From the IMG/VR virus record IMGVR_UViG_3300027971_004105: a stretch of DNA of 64,000 nt, one strand, 5' to 3'. A program made the translations under genes and the position numbers. This document shows, piece after piece, positions 9,901-19,025 of the stretch; the first letter of the stretch is position 1; each line of letters opens with the position of its first letter. The notes under the pieces were generated by a model that saw only the letters and a list, made by a program, of their open reading frames with translations, had not been told where the DNA came from and ran no database searches. The DNA comes from a virus (lineage: Duplodnaviria; Caudoviricetes).

Positions 9901-12900
9901 GGATGCTGTGAGCAATTATGATGGACCAGCCGGCACTGCCACTCTATTACTGAACGCCAGCAGCAATGGTGGATTAGGATTCACCATCACCAGTCCCATA
10001 CCGTATCCATTGGTGTTGCAGACTGCAGGCAATAAATCTTTGTTGAGCAATGATTTCACTCAGGTGAATGATTTGGGTTATGGACTGTTGGCCACCAACG
10101 GTGCTTTGAGTGAACAAGTTTCCATGTTCACCTACTACTGTCATGTGGCTTATTATGCATTGAACGGAGCACAGATCAGATCATTGAACGGCAGCAATGC
10201 CAATGGTGTTTATGCATTGGTTGCAGAAGGATCAGATCCCAACGAACAACCAGATGATGTGACACTTTTCCACAACATGACGCAGGTGTGTAAAGTTTAC
10301 GACGATGGTGCAGTTTATGATCATCCTCTGTTGGCTCTCAGTGTGTATGTGTATGATCTGGAATATGTGCCTAACAACCGAGGAGAAATTGAAATAGATC
10401 ATGACACCCTTGATTCATCTTTACTTTTGGGTGTGGAAAGATATGAAATAGCCAGTGTGGAGTTGACTGATCCATTGGTCACTGTGGTTGGCCCTAGTGT
10501 GACTCGAGATGGCAGGGTGTACAAAATTAACCTCAGCACTGCCGGCACTCTTTCTGCTTCCACCACTGGAATCAAAGCAGTATTGAGCAACAATCAAACT
10601 GTGACCATCAGATCCAATTCAAACCATCGATTCAGCGGCGTGGGCAACGTGGCTCCCACAAGACCCAGCACTGCTTTGGTGTTCCCCAACGATTCAACCA
10701 CGGTGTACAGAACTGTGTCCTTCGGCATCAATGACGCTGTGGGCACTGCGTTGCCTGCCAACAACGTGATAGCAGGATTCGACACTGGATTCGACAATGT
10801 GAGATTGCAGGTGGCACCTGCGGCAGCATTAACAAGCACCCATGCAGGGGCTGGAACAACCATGGGAGCCACAGTGGGAGATGTGGTGATCGCCATTGAA
10901 CAATTGACTGAAGCTGCAGACATCACTAGAATCAACAACAACAACATGGCCTTTGGATGGGCAGGAGTGGTGCATGGAGTGAGCAATTATGTGGATCGCA
11001 CCACCTATGCCACTGTGCAGATCACCACATTGAACCATATTCACTCAGCTGGCTATGCAGGTGTTGGACTGTATGCACCAGTGGTGCGAGGAGCCGGCAC
11101 AGAAAATATTTCACTGCGTTGCGGACTGTTGTCTGGAGAAGACGCCAATATCACTATTAAAATATCCACATGCAGAGCCACTGGACATGATTTCTTGGAC
11201 ATAGGTTCAGGTGGATTCAACAGCAGCAATTACCCCAACTCTATTTTTGGTGAATCAGCCAACACACCTGTGCAGGACAATGAAGTGGAAGAACGCGGCA
11301 AGGGCAGAGTATTCTTTGTGAGCACAGACCAAGACGGAGTATTCCGTGTGGGAAGATTCTTCACAGTGGATCAAGGCACAGGATCTGTGACTTTTGCTGC
11401 TTCCATTGCATTGAGCAATCTGGACGGATTAGGATTCAAACGAGGTGTGGTGGCAGCAGAATTTTCAACAGATTCTGCCATGACTGACAATGCTTCAGAC
11501 ACAGTGCCCACAGAATCAGCTGTGAGAGGCTATGTGGATCGCAGATTACACTACACCGACGCAGGCACATTGGTGGCCAACCCTATAGGAGCAGGAGTCA
11601 TTGCCAGAGACGGCAGCACTTCATTCACTGCCAACATCAGTGCAGGCGGATTCAAACTGATCACATTGGGCGCTCCCACTTCATCACAAGATGCTGCCAA
11701 CAAAGCCTATGTGGATCAAACATTGTATGCCAGTGATCAGGTAGAAAATTTAAGAAATGTGGACATTGCAGGGTTTGCTGCCAATCAGATATTGGTGTTC
11801 AATGGCAGACTTAGAATATTCACCAATCCAGAAACAGGCGGAATATTTGTGGTGGGTAACACTATCACAGGCAGCAGCACAGGCACAGTGGCCACCATAG
11901 TAGATTATGAATCAGTGGTATTGCCGGGCGCATTGAATGCAAGACGCATAACTTTTGCATCAGTGTCAGGTCCTGGCTTCAGCACATTGGATTCTATCAG
12001 CACAGGTGGTGGAGTATCAGCACAAATAATTGATGGTCCAATGAATGAATTGGCCAATGGAGTGATGAGTGGCAGCACAGATATTTCAATCACAGCCACA
12101 AGAAGCACTGCACAAACAGATTTAAATTTACAAATAGTAGCTGGCAGCATCATCAATGCAGATGTGAACGCAGCCGCAGCCATTCAGCAGAGCAAGTTGG
12201 CCATGACAGCTGCCACCACCAGAGTGAACGCCACAGGCATCAGTCAGGCAGATCTTGGATTGGCCAGCTTTGATTCCAGCACTTTCACAGTGACCAACGG
12301 CTGGGTGCAGATTGATTCAGGTGATTTGGCCATCAGCAAGATTGAGAACATGGCCACTGACACAGTGATAGGTCGCAGTGCAGCTGGCACAGGAGCTCCC
12401 AGCGCCATAGCATTCAGCACAGTGATCAGTGATGGTGGAGGATTAGAAGATGGAGATTTTGCCACAGAATTACTGGCTGCATTGGATCCAGGAGAAGCAC
12501 TGATCAAAACAGGTGCCACTTCATATGCTCGAACCAATGTGAGCACCTCAGGCGAAGTGAACAGTATTATTAAATCAGATGCCACAGGCATTGTGGATGT
12601 GGCAGCATTGAAGTTGGATGGACAACTGTTGATAGACAGCAACACTGGCACCAACACTTCGCTGTTCTACACCAGAGGCAGCATCAATTTCTTACAAGCA
12701 GTGGGCAATACCACTGCCAACACCACACTCACATTCACAGGTAGAAAATTTCAATTTGGTGGCAGCACAGTGCCCAATTCACCCACTGCTGATGCACTGC
12801 AGAGCGCGGCATTGAATGAAGGCCGAGGCATAGCCACACCTCACTTGTTCACAAAATTCATTGAAACAGATTCAGTAGAGTCAGGCGGCACAGGTATAGC

Positions 12901-13501
12901 ACTGGGAGCAGGTGGCAGCACATTGGCTGGTGCAGGCAAGATCAGCATTGTGTTGGCAGGAGCAGTGCCATTCATATTTGCAGGTGACGCAGACGATTCC
13001 ACTATCACCACACCAGGAGTTTATCCTGACGCAACTGACACATACACCATTGGTAATGCTTCGGCCAGATACAAAACAATTTTTGCTGAAGTGTTTCACG
13101 GCACAGCAACCAACGCATTGTACGCAGATTTGGCAGAGAAATATTTGGCAGACCAGGAATATGATTCGGGCACTGTGTTGCAGTTTGGTGGCGACAAAGA
13201 AGTTACCATCACCACAGAAGCCAACACCAACAAGATAGCAGGTGTGGTGACCACAGCGCCAGCATTTTTGATGAATGATCAATTGAATGAAGAGAACACA
13301 GTGGCAGTGGCACTGCAGGGTCGTGTGCCATGCAAAGTGATTGGAAAAATTGCCAAAGGTGACATGCTGGTGGCCAGTGCAGTGCCAGGTGTGGCATGTG
13401 CAGCTGAAGGTGAAATTAAAATAGGCACCGTGATTGGTAAATCACTGGAGCATTATGATTCAGATCAGGTGGGTGTGATTGAGATTGCGATAGGTAGATA
13501 A
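6944..13501 (+). CDS. Giant baseplate/tail-associated virion protein (2185 aa)
   Basis: T4 gp9/gp10-like N-terminus (NIGVEGNDGTGDSIRDAFRKANENF), DAATKxYVD fibre motifs, C-terminal YADLAEKY...VALQGRVPCKV chaperone/autocleavage-like domain. Confidence 0.75.
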   Translation: MAKQNINIGVEGNDGTGDSIRDAFRKANENFTELYAVFGQGGQIAFTSLSDTPDTLGIFKLPISNSTGTELEMRSLSGGVGISVSLATAGQIVISNTGSELVDDLSPSLGGPLNANGFAVGNAEVTSQAVSNFNSTHGTNITIDELLITKGYADQRYLKLSGGGSGTAGQIRVRDEPPNASEYTITIASYSAGNAVITAHGFDTSANGIAYIYNSTGTPAVGLSNGVTYYLRFVNVNQMSMHASFAQATNDDDSTRVKITVSGGTGTQTLLDADYDDALAGYFLSTEAMPRKSIVRRQGDTMTGALYLHDHPGDLAGEGTPNGVDDLQAATKFYVDNTSFSSQVNLYVATSGDDSMQGVPPGKEGRALNYAYKSINAAARKAEELILTTPVALGPYTQTITYNTGASNSLVVSEGVTSSSGYNNVKLLIDANRTFIIKQMIGFINTTYPDFIYDEAICERDLGLILDGIVIDVLASVNSNVRSLQAGLRYYSNVSAATAINQQLTQTLAGINYAKSITNTILQNLTVTPTYDAGFTQTIDAPSTVDSTGRASVAAKFDIITNIISNGPTSAAPEVEGSTYTITISNGSFGFVDQNNPNNQDLIPGKLIRGKQSNALGRVVSILAGGAVDTVRMILVEPREFDVGEELEFAAPIKNQNITIRVESGTYLEDYPIKVVNNVSIKGDEFRRVIIRPKNRISQSPWADIYFYRDLTIDGLTTATTNFGRQYLNDPTALKNVGSSYTNVGGYTAAAEQILDAKPTIQTAVVTYTNSLLSPSSLSPTAEAASRRDTGLIVDAIYNDLIRGGRENILEVQGGFFGVALSAQRKQGITYVGTYINASVIAAFSATIKSIVTNMLTSVSFAFNVSYNPPKNNRQMDVFLMGEATIIRNVTCQGHGGFMCVLDPESQVLNKSPYIQTASSFSQSINAKAFRGGMFVDGSCGNVPVNVQNVVSAFELEVDSDPGEGLFIRKPLTPTSFYIGGQRYQVDAVSNYDGPAGTATLLLNASSNGGLGFTITSPIPYPLVLQTAGNKSLLSNDFTQVNDLGYGLLATNGALSEQVSMFTYYCHVAYYALNGAQIRSLNGSNANGVYALVAEGSDPNEQPDDVTLFHNMTQVCKVYDDGAVYDHPLLALSVYVYDLEYVPNNRGEIEIDHDTLDSSLLLGVERYEIASVELTDPLVTVVGPSVTRDGRVYKINLSTAGTLSASTTGIKAVLSNNQTVTIRSNSNHRFSGVGNVAPTRPSTALVFPNDSTTVYRTVSFGINDAVGTALPANNVIAGFDTGFDNVRLQVAPAAALTSTHAGAGTTMGATVGDVVIAIEQLTEAADITRINNNNMAFGWAGVVHGVSNYVDRTTYATVQITTLNHIHSAGYAGVGLYAPVVRGAGTENISLRCGLLSGEDANITIKISTCRATGHDFLDIGSGGFNSSNYPNSIFGESANTPVQDNEVEERGKGRVFFVSTDQDGVFRVGRFFTVDQGTGSVTFAASIALSNLDGLGFKRGVVAAEFSTDSAMTDNASDTVPTESAVRGYVDRRLHYTDAGTLVANPIGAGVIARDGSTSFTANISAGGFKLITLGAPTSSQDAANKAYVDQTLYASDQVENLRNVDIAGFAANQILVFNGRLRIFTNPETGGIFVVGNTITGSSTGTVATIVDYESVVLPGALNARRITFASVSGPGFSTLDSISTGGGVSAQIIDGPMNELANGVMSGSTDISITATRSTAQTDLNLQIVAGSIINADVNAAAAIQQSKLAMTAATTRVNATGISQADLGLASFDSSTFTVTNGWVQIDSGDLAISKIENMATDTVIGRSAAGTGAPSAIAFSTVISDGGGLEDGDFATELLAALDPGEALIKTGATSYARTNVSTSGEVNSIIKSDATGIVDVAALKLDGQLLIDSNTGTNTSLFYTRGSINFLQAVGNTTANTTLTFTGRKFQFGGSTVPNSPTADALQSAALNEGRGIATPHLFTKFIETDSVESGGTGIALGAGGSTLAGAGKISIVLAGAVPFIFAGDADDSTITTPGVYPDATDTYTIGNASARYKTIFAEVFHGTATNALYADLAEKYLADQEYDSGTVLQFGGDKEVTITTEANTNKIAGVVTTAPAFLMNDQLNEENTVAVALQGRVPCKVIGKIAKGDMLVASAVPGVACAAEGEIKIGTVIGKSLEHYDSDQVGVIEIAIGR

Positions 13502-13503
13502 AC

Positions 13504-14322
13504 ATGGCCAAAAAGACAGTGAACATAGGCACATCTGCGAACAAGGGCAATGGTGATCCTTTACGCACAGCGTTTGGAAAAATCAACGATAATTTTGATG
13601 AGATATATGGTGCCATAGGTGCTGATGGATCCATATTCAATCCACTCAGTGTGGATCAAAGTCTTGTGCCCACCACCACCAACACAGTGGATTTGGGTTC
13701 TGCCAGCAAACAATGGCGCAGTCTTTATGTGAGCAACAACACCATTTACATAGGTGGTGTGGCCATAGGAGTGGATGGCAATGGCAATTTGACCACAGGC
13801 GGCACAGTGGTTGGCAGCACACCAGCCTGGGCCAACATCACAGGCAAGCCCACATTTGCCACAGTGGCTACCTCAGGTGACTATGCTGATTTATCTGGAA
13901 AGCCAACTATACCAACTGTTGTTAATGCAAGTTTTCAGATCAATGATCAAAGTTTTACACCAGGAAGTGTTTATGCGGCAACACTTTATTCTATAACAGT
14001 GACACCTAGTTCAACTTCTGCTCCTGTTTCTGTAACTTTTAATCTTTCTATAGTTGCTAACCCAGGACAAGAAGATGCTGGATATGGATTTAAAATATAT
14101 GTAAATGGTTCACCAGTTGATTCTTCTGAACTTATAAACTATATTGATGATTCACCAACCAGTTACTCAGCATATCCTGCTACTTATACATTTAATTTTG
14201 TACCAGGAACAAATTCTTCAACAACTATAGCATTGTGGGCTAAAAAAACAGGCGGCAATGGTTGGAGATTCGTTCAAGGTGGAATATCGGCTAAACATGT
14301 AGTAACTGCTCTGGTATTTTAA
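13504..14322 (+). CDS. gp9/gp10-like baseplate/fibre protein with variable C-terminal domain
   Basis: NIGTSANKGNGDPLRTAFGKINDNF; GKPTF...GKPTIP hinge followed by an AT-richer C-terminal coding segment. Confidence 0.7.
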   Translation: MAKKTVNIGTSANKGNGDPLRTAFGKINDNFDEIYGAIGADGSIFNPLSVDQSLVPTTTNTVDLGSASKQWRSLYVSNNTIYIGGVAIGVDGNGNLTTGGTVVGSTPAWANITGKPTFATVATSGDYADLSGKPTIPTVVNASFQINDQSFTPGSVYAATLYSITVTPSSTSAPVSVTFNLSIVANPGQEDAGYGFKIYVNGSPVDSSELINYIDDSPTSYSAYPATYTFNFVPGTNSSTTIALWAKKTGGNGWRFVQGGISAKHVVTALVF

Positions 14323-14369
14323 AATGATATTAAAAAAATTTAAAAATAAATATTAAAAAGAAAAAAATT

Positions 14370-16463
14370 ATGGCAAATAGAATACCACTCATAGTAGACA
14401 CCGGAGACGGCAACAAGATCAAAGAGTTGCCCATAGGTGATAATTTAGATCTCACAGGCTCAGGCATCAGTGGTGCCAGCAGCATTCAAGCCAATTCCAT
14501 GGCCACTACCACTGGCAGCATTGGCACACTCACCAGCAATAATATCACTGTGAACACCACAGCTGATTTGGGCAATGTGTCAGGTCTCACCATAGAAGGT
14601 GGCACAGTGGGTCAGGTGTTGACCACAGATGGCACCGGAGTACTCAGCTGGAGCACATTGGGCAACTACGATCAAAGTCTCAACACCACTGACGATGTAG
14701 AATTTAATTTTATCAATGCTAGAAGATTGGAAGCACCCATCAATGTCACTGCTGAGATACGCACCAGCAGCACAGGCAGCGGTGTAAAAACTTGGCAATT
14801 CAGCAGCGTGGGCAATTTAACTCTGCCAGCGGGTGGTGACATACGCAACAGCGATGGAAATTCCATCATAGGTTACACCAGTATTCAATCAGATGTGATA
14901 GCAGACACCAACAACACCAGAGACATAGGATCCAGTGCAGTAAAATGGGCTGAAGGACATTTCACCAATCTATATGGCACACTCACAGGCAATGTGGTGG
15001 GCAATGTCACAGGCAATGTCACAGGAAATTTAATAGGCACAGCAGATGTGGCCAGCACAGTGGCACTGACAGCCACCAACACCACCAATGCCACTCATTT
15101 TCCCATTTTTGTGGACTCTGCCACTGGCAATGAATCCATCAGAACCGACACAAGTTATACCTACAATCCCAGCACAGGAGTGATCAGCAGCACTGGTGTG
15201 TCAGTCACAGATGCCACAGTGTCCGGCACTGCCTACAGTTTCAATATCAGTTCCACAGGCACTGCCAACTTGACCACAGTGAATGTGGGCAACACACTGT
15301 CAGTCACTGCAGGTATAGAAGGAGATCTCACAGGTTCTGTGTATTCAGACAATTCCACACAGATGATCAATGGTGTCACTGGCAAAGTGGTAGGACCCAT
15401 AGAAGTCAACATTGCCAACATCAGCATCACAGGAGGCACGCCCAACCAAGTGATCAAAACCAATGGTTCGGGAGTTTTGAGTTTTGTGGATCAAACAGGT
15501 GGTGGAGGTGGAGGCGCAGTGGTTTTGGATGATCTCACAGATGTCACTATCACTTCAGCAGCCAATGGACAGATTTTAAAATACAATGGAGCAGCCTGGG
15601 TCAACAGTGTGGTACCCATCAATACCTTTGGCATCATTGCCACCACAGGATCAGCAGTGACCATCACTCCCGCAACCTTGGGTGACACATTCACTTTCAC
15701 AGCAGGCACAGGTATAACCATCGCACCCACAGCATTGAGCAAGACTTTGACCATCACCAACTCTGCTCCCAATGTGACACAAAATGTATTCACTACCATA
15801 GCAGTGGCAGGACAATCATCAGTGGTGGCAGACACCAGCACAGACACATTAACATTGGTGGCTGGCAACAATGTGACCATTACCACCAGTGACAGCACAG
15901 ACACTGTGACCATCAATGCCACTCATCCCAACACATTCACCAACATTGCTGTGGCAGGACAGAATTCACTGCTGGCAGACAATGTGAATGACACACTGAC
16001 AATCGCAGCTGGTTCAGGCATCACTGTCACTACCAACGACAGCACAGACACCATCACCATTGCTGCCACAGCAGTGAGTGGATTGGAGAGCAGAAGCACA
16101 GCCGCAGGCACCACCAGTTCATTGGCCAACACAGCTTCAGCGGATTTAAACATCACAGGATTCAAAGGATATGCTCTTTTAAAAATTCAAACATCAGTGG
16201 CTGCCTGGGTAAGATTGTATACTGATACTGCCAGTCGTTCCTCAGATTCAAGCAGACTGGAAGGAGTTGATCCTTCTCCGGATGCAGGAGTGATAGCAGA
16301 AGTGATCACCACAGGTAATCAAACCATACTGATGTCACCAGCTGTGATGGGATTCAACAATGAAAATACTCCCACAACCACCATCCCTGTGAGAGTGACC
16401 AATAAGAGTGGCAGCACTGCTGCTATCACAGTGACATTGACCTTGATAAAATTAGAAGCATAA
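14370..16463 (+). CDS. Tail fibre-like protein
   Basis: T/G/S/N-rich, GNVT repeats, LDDLTDV motif, tandem ~45-aa repeats. Confidence 0.72.
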   Translation: MANRIPLIVDTGDGNKIKELPIGDNLDLTGSGISGASSIQANSMATTTGSIGTLTSNNITVNTTADLGNVSGLTIEGGTVGQVLTTDGTGVLSWSTLGNYDQSLNTTDDVEFNFINARRLEAPINVTAEIRTSSTGSGVKTWQFSSVGNLTLPAGGDIRNSDGNSIIGYTSIQSDVIADTNNTRDIGSSAVKWAEGHFTNLYGTLTGNVVGNVTGNVTGNLIGTADVASTVALTATNTTNATHFPIFVDSATGNESIRTDTSYTYNPSTGVISSTGVSVTDATVSGTAYSFNISSTGTANLTTVNVGNTLSVTAGIEGDLTGSVYSDNSTQMINGVTGKVVGPIEVNIANISITGGTPNQVIKTNGSGVLSFVDQTGGGGGGAVVLDDLTDVTITSAANGQILKYNGAAWVNSVVPINTFGIIATTGSAVTITPATLGDTFTFTAGTGITIAPTALSKTLTITNSAPNVTQNVFTTIAVAGQSSVVADTSTDTLTLVAGNNVTITTSDSTDTVTINATHPNTFTNIAVAGQNSLLADNVNDTLTIAAGSGITVTTNDSTDTITIAATAVSGLESRSTAAGTTSSLANTASADLNITGFKGYALLKIQTSVAAWVRLYTDTASRSSDSSRLEGVDPSPDAGVIAEVITTGNQTILMSPAVMGFNNENTPTTTIPVRVTNKSGSTAAITVTLTLIKLEA
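15003..15039 (+). repeat. 37-bp exact repeat, copy 1 (copy 2 at 63613-63649)
   Basis: AATGTCACAGGCAATGTCACAGGAAATTTAATAGGCA is identical in two fibre genes. Confidence 0.85.
15620..16075 (+). repeat. About three tandem protein repeats in the fibre (FTTIAVAGQ...DTLT..AG..IT.TT...TDT.TI)
   Basis: Visible in the translation of 14370..16463. Confidence 0.7.
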
Positions 16464-16466
16464 TTT

Positions 16467-18278
16467 ATGCCAAAAAAAATAATAGATGTAATTTTAAATA
16501 ATGATGTAAATAAACAACAATTTATTGATCAATTTAATAATGATAAAGTAGAACTATGGAACATTATGGAATCCATAGATAATTTAATTGTTGTCAATAT
16601 CGATGAAGATTATATAACAGAGTTTTCTAATAATTCTCAAATAAAAAATATAGATTTTAGATTATTCAAGCCAGTTCCTGCTTCACTACCTGATTTTTTT
16701 ACAACTACTAAAACTATTACTGCTGTTGCTCCTAGCACACTTTTAAGTGGTTCAAATTATATGCCCATGCAGTTTTATCTTGATACAGACATAATATATT
16801 CTTCGCAAAAATTAGGCAGTAATGATCCAGTTTCATCTTTAAATAATGCAACTTATTTTAATAGATGGACTGGAAAAAATGTGGATATAGTCAGTCTTGA
16901 AGTAGGACCTGTTAACAATACTTTGCAAGGAGTACATGCAACTCATCCAGATTTTTCAAATTTAGAATCTCCTGGAACTCCCAGAGTGATTGCTAAAAAT
17001 TGGACAGATTTAGAAGATACTAGCAATAATCAAATATCTTCCAATAGAGTTTTTAGTTCACATGCAATGGGAGTACTCAGTGCGGCTGCAGGAACCATAT
17101 GTGGTTTTGCTAAAAAATCTAATCTTTATGTTGCATATCTAACAGCCGAAGATGGAACGGTTGAATGTATCAATGCCATAATTTCTTGGCACAATAGTAA
17201 ACCTGTAAATCCTATCACAGGTGTTCCTAATCCTACCATCATGATAGGTGAATATCAGTATCTTGTAGATAGAAATTATGGAATTAAAATAGATGATATC
17301 AACAGTATAACTACTCCCAGTGGAACAGTTAATAGACCAGGAGCAAGTTGGGGAGTGGATTTAACTCCGTTCACATCAAGAAATATAATACCTTTTAGAA
17401 TTCAAGATCCTAACACATTAAATTTTGAATGGTGTGCAGTATTTCCTTACCCTTTACAAAACACTCCACTTAAAGTTGCCTTAGAAGCTGCTTGGGACGC
17501 TGGCATAGTCAATTTTAATGCAGCTGGAAACAATGGAGGAGTGTATGTGAAAGATTCTGATCCAAGATGGAGCGGCACTTTTTGTTCTTCCAGTGGTACA
17601 ATTATTAGATATGATATAAGTTATTCTAGTACCACAATTGTTACACGCACAACAACAAATCAAACCACAGCTTATCCTTTTAGAGCATATGGTCCGAATG
17701 GTTTAGATAAAAGTATAGATGTGGCTGCTGGACAAAATTCAGAAACATATCAAATACTTGATGCTTATTCCAATAGAGGTCCAGGAATAGATATTGTAGG
17801 ATTGGGAGAAAGTACCTGGACTGCATATCCACAGAGTACTTACGCTGATGGTAATAGTTGGGGAATGTTTAGTGGCACTAGTTGTGCTACTCCCACTGTG
17901 GTAGGTAAAGCAGCCTGTATGATGGAAAGATATTACTTTTATAATAATCAATGGCCTACGAATACGCAAATAAAAACTATATTACTTTCAGAAGCTAAAT
18001 CCGTGGTAGAGAATGTTGATAGTACTACATGGAACAACAGACCAGCTGCCTCTACTAACTATAGTGTCGCAGCATTTTATAACCTCAAAAGTTATGTAAA
18101 TTGGATTCAAAATAATTTTTTCTCTCCCAATGGAGGATTTCGATTAGGAGAACTGGCAGGAACCACTACGAAAAGAGCATTTTTTAATGCTCAAAGTTTT
18201 CAAAGAAATCAAACACAAGGTAAAAGACCTGTTTCAGGTGCTGCTTACCCCAGAACAAAGATCAGAAGATTTGGTTAA
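16467..18278 (+). CDS. Subtilisin-like S8 serine protease
   Basis: SSHAMGV (His), NAAGNNG (oxyanion Asn), YSNRGPGIDI, FSGTSCATP (Ser); the usual Asp position reads VSLEVG. Confidence 0.85.
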   Translation: MPKKIIDVILNNDVNKQQFIDQFNNDKVELWNIMESIDNLIVVNIDEDYITEFSNNSQIKNIDFRLFKPVPASLPDFFTTTKTITAVAPSTLLSGSNYMPMQFYLDTDIIYSSQKLGSNDPVSSLNNATYFNRWTGKNVDIVSLEVGPVNNTLQGVHATHPDFSNLESPGTPRVIAKNWTDLEDTSNNQISSNRVFSSHAMGVLSAAAGTICGFAKKSNLYVAYLTAEDGTVECINAIISWHNSKPVNPITGVPNPTIMIGEYQYLVDRNYGIKIDDINSITTPSGTVNRPGASWGVDLTPFTSRNIIPFRIQDPNTLNFEWCAVFPYPLQNTPLKVALEAAWDAGIVNFNAAGNNGGVYVKDSDPRWSGTFCSSSGTIIRYDISYSSTTIVTRTTTNQTTAYPFRAYGPNGLDKSIDVAAGQNSETYQILDAYSNRGPGIDIVGLGESTWTAYPQSTYADGNSWGMFSGTSCATPTVVGKAACMMERYYFYNNQWPTNTQIKTILLSEAKSVVENVDSTTWNNRPAASTNYSVAAFYNLKSYVNWIQNNFFSPNGGFRLGELAGTTTKRAFFNAQSFQRNQTQGKRPVSGAAYPRTKIRRFG

Positions 18279-18302
18279 AAACACAGAAAGATAAATACTG
18301 AT

Positions 18303-19004
18303 ATGCCCATAAGCAACATAAACATAGGAACCATTGCCAATGACGGCACAGGTGATGATTTACGCGAAGCGTTTATCAAAGTCAATAATAACTTTGCTGA
18401 ACTCAACGCAAGAGATCCTGAATCAACCACAGTCAGCAACAGACTCACAGACACCAACTCTATCAAAGGGGTATTTTATCAAAAATCAGGTGTGGATCTA
18501 CAATTCAAAAGTTTAGAAGCAGGCAGCAATATATCATTCACCAGCAACAATGACAAAATCACCATCACTTCATCAGGAGTGGTGAGCATATTGGTGTTTG
18601 GTGACACAGGCCCTCATTTGACCATCAACAGCGTGGGCATGTTGGAAGTGTTTGGCACCGGTGGTGCTGCCACAAGAACTCTCAGCAATGGAACCACTTT
18701 AGAAATAGAATCTTTGTTGGCCAATGAAAGTAATCCCACACTCAGTGCCACTCTTACAGGTGCTGGCAATGACATAGTGGGTATTGACAACATTCAAGCT
18801 GCCAATGTGGATGCATTGGTGTATGATATTGATGTGAGTGATAGAAATTCATTCATTGGTTTTGACATGGGTGAGATTCAACTGGATGCTGCCAACAATG
18901 AGAATATCACCAACTTATTAGATCTTTATTTCAGCCAAAATCCAGTGGACATGGGCACCATTGCATCTCCCAACGCCACTGTGTTTGACTTCGGCGCTAT
19001 ATAA
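18303..19004 (+). CDS. gp9/gp10-like baseplate protein
   Basis: NIGTIANDGTGDDLREAFIKVNNNF; ATAAATA at 18291-18297. Confidence 0.72.
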   Translation: MPISNINIGTIANDGTGDDLREAFIKVNNNFAELNARDPESTTVSNRLTDTNSIKGVFYQKSGVDLQFKSLEAGSNISFTSNNDKITITSSGVVSILVFGDTGPHLTINSVGMLEVFGTGGAATRTLSNGTTLEIESLLANESNPTLSATLTGAGNDIVGIDNIQAANVDALVYDIDVSDRNSFIGFDMGEIQLDAANNENITNLLDLYFSQNPVDMGTIASPNATVFDFGAI

Positions 19005-19025
19005 TTCTCTCGATAAATACAACAT

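Noticed and set aside
13504-16463. Diversity-generating retroelement acting on fibre tips
   Set aside because: No reverse transcriptase and no template/variable repeat pair differing at adenines in this window
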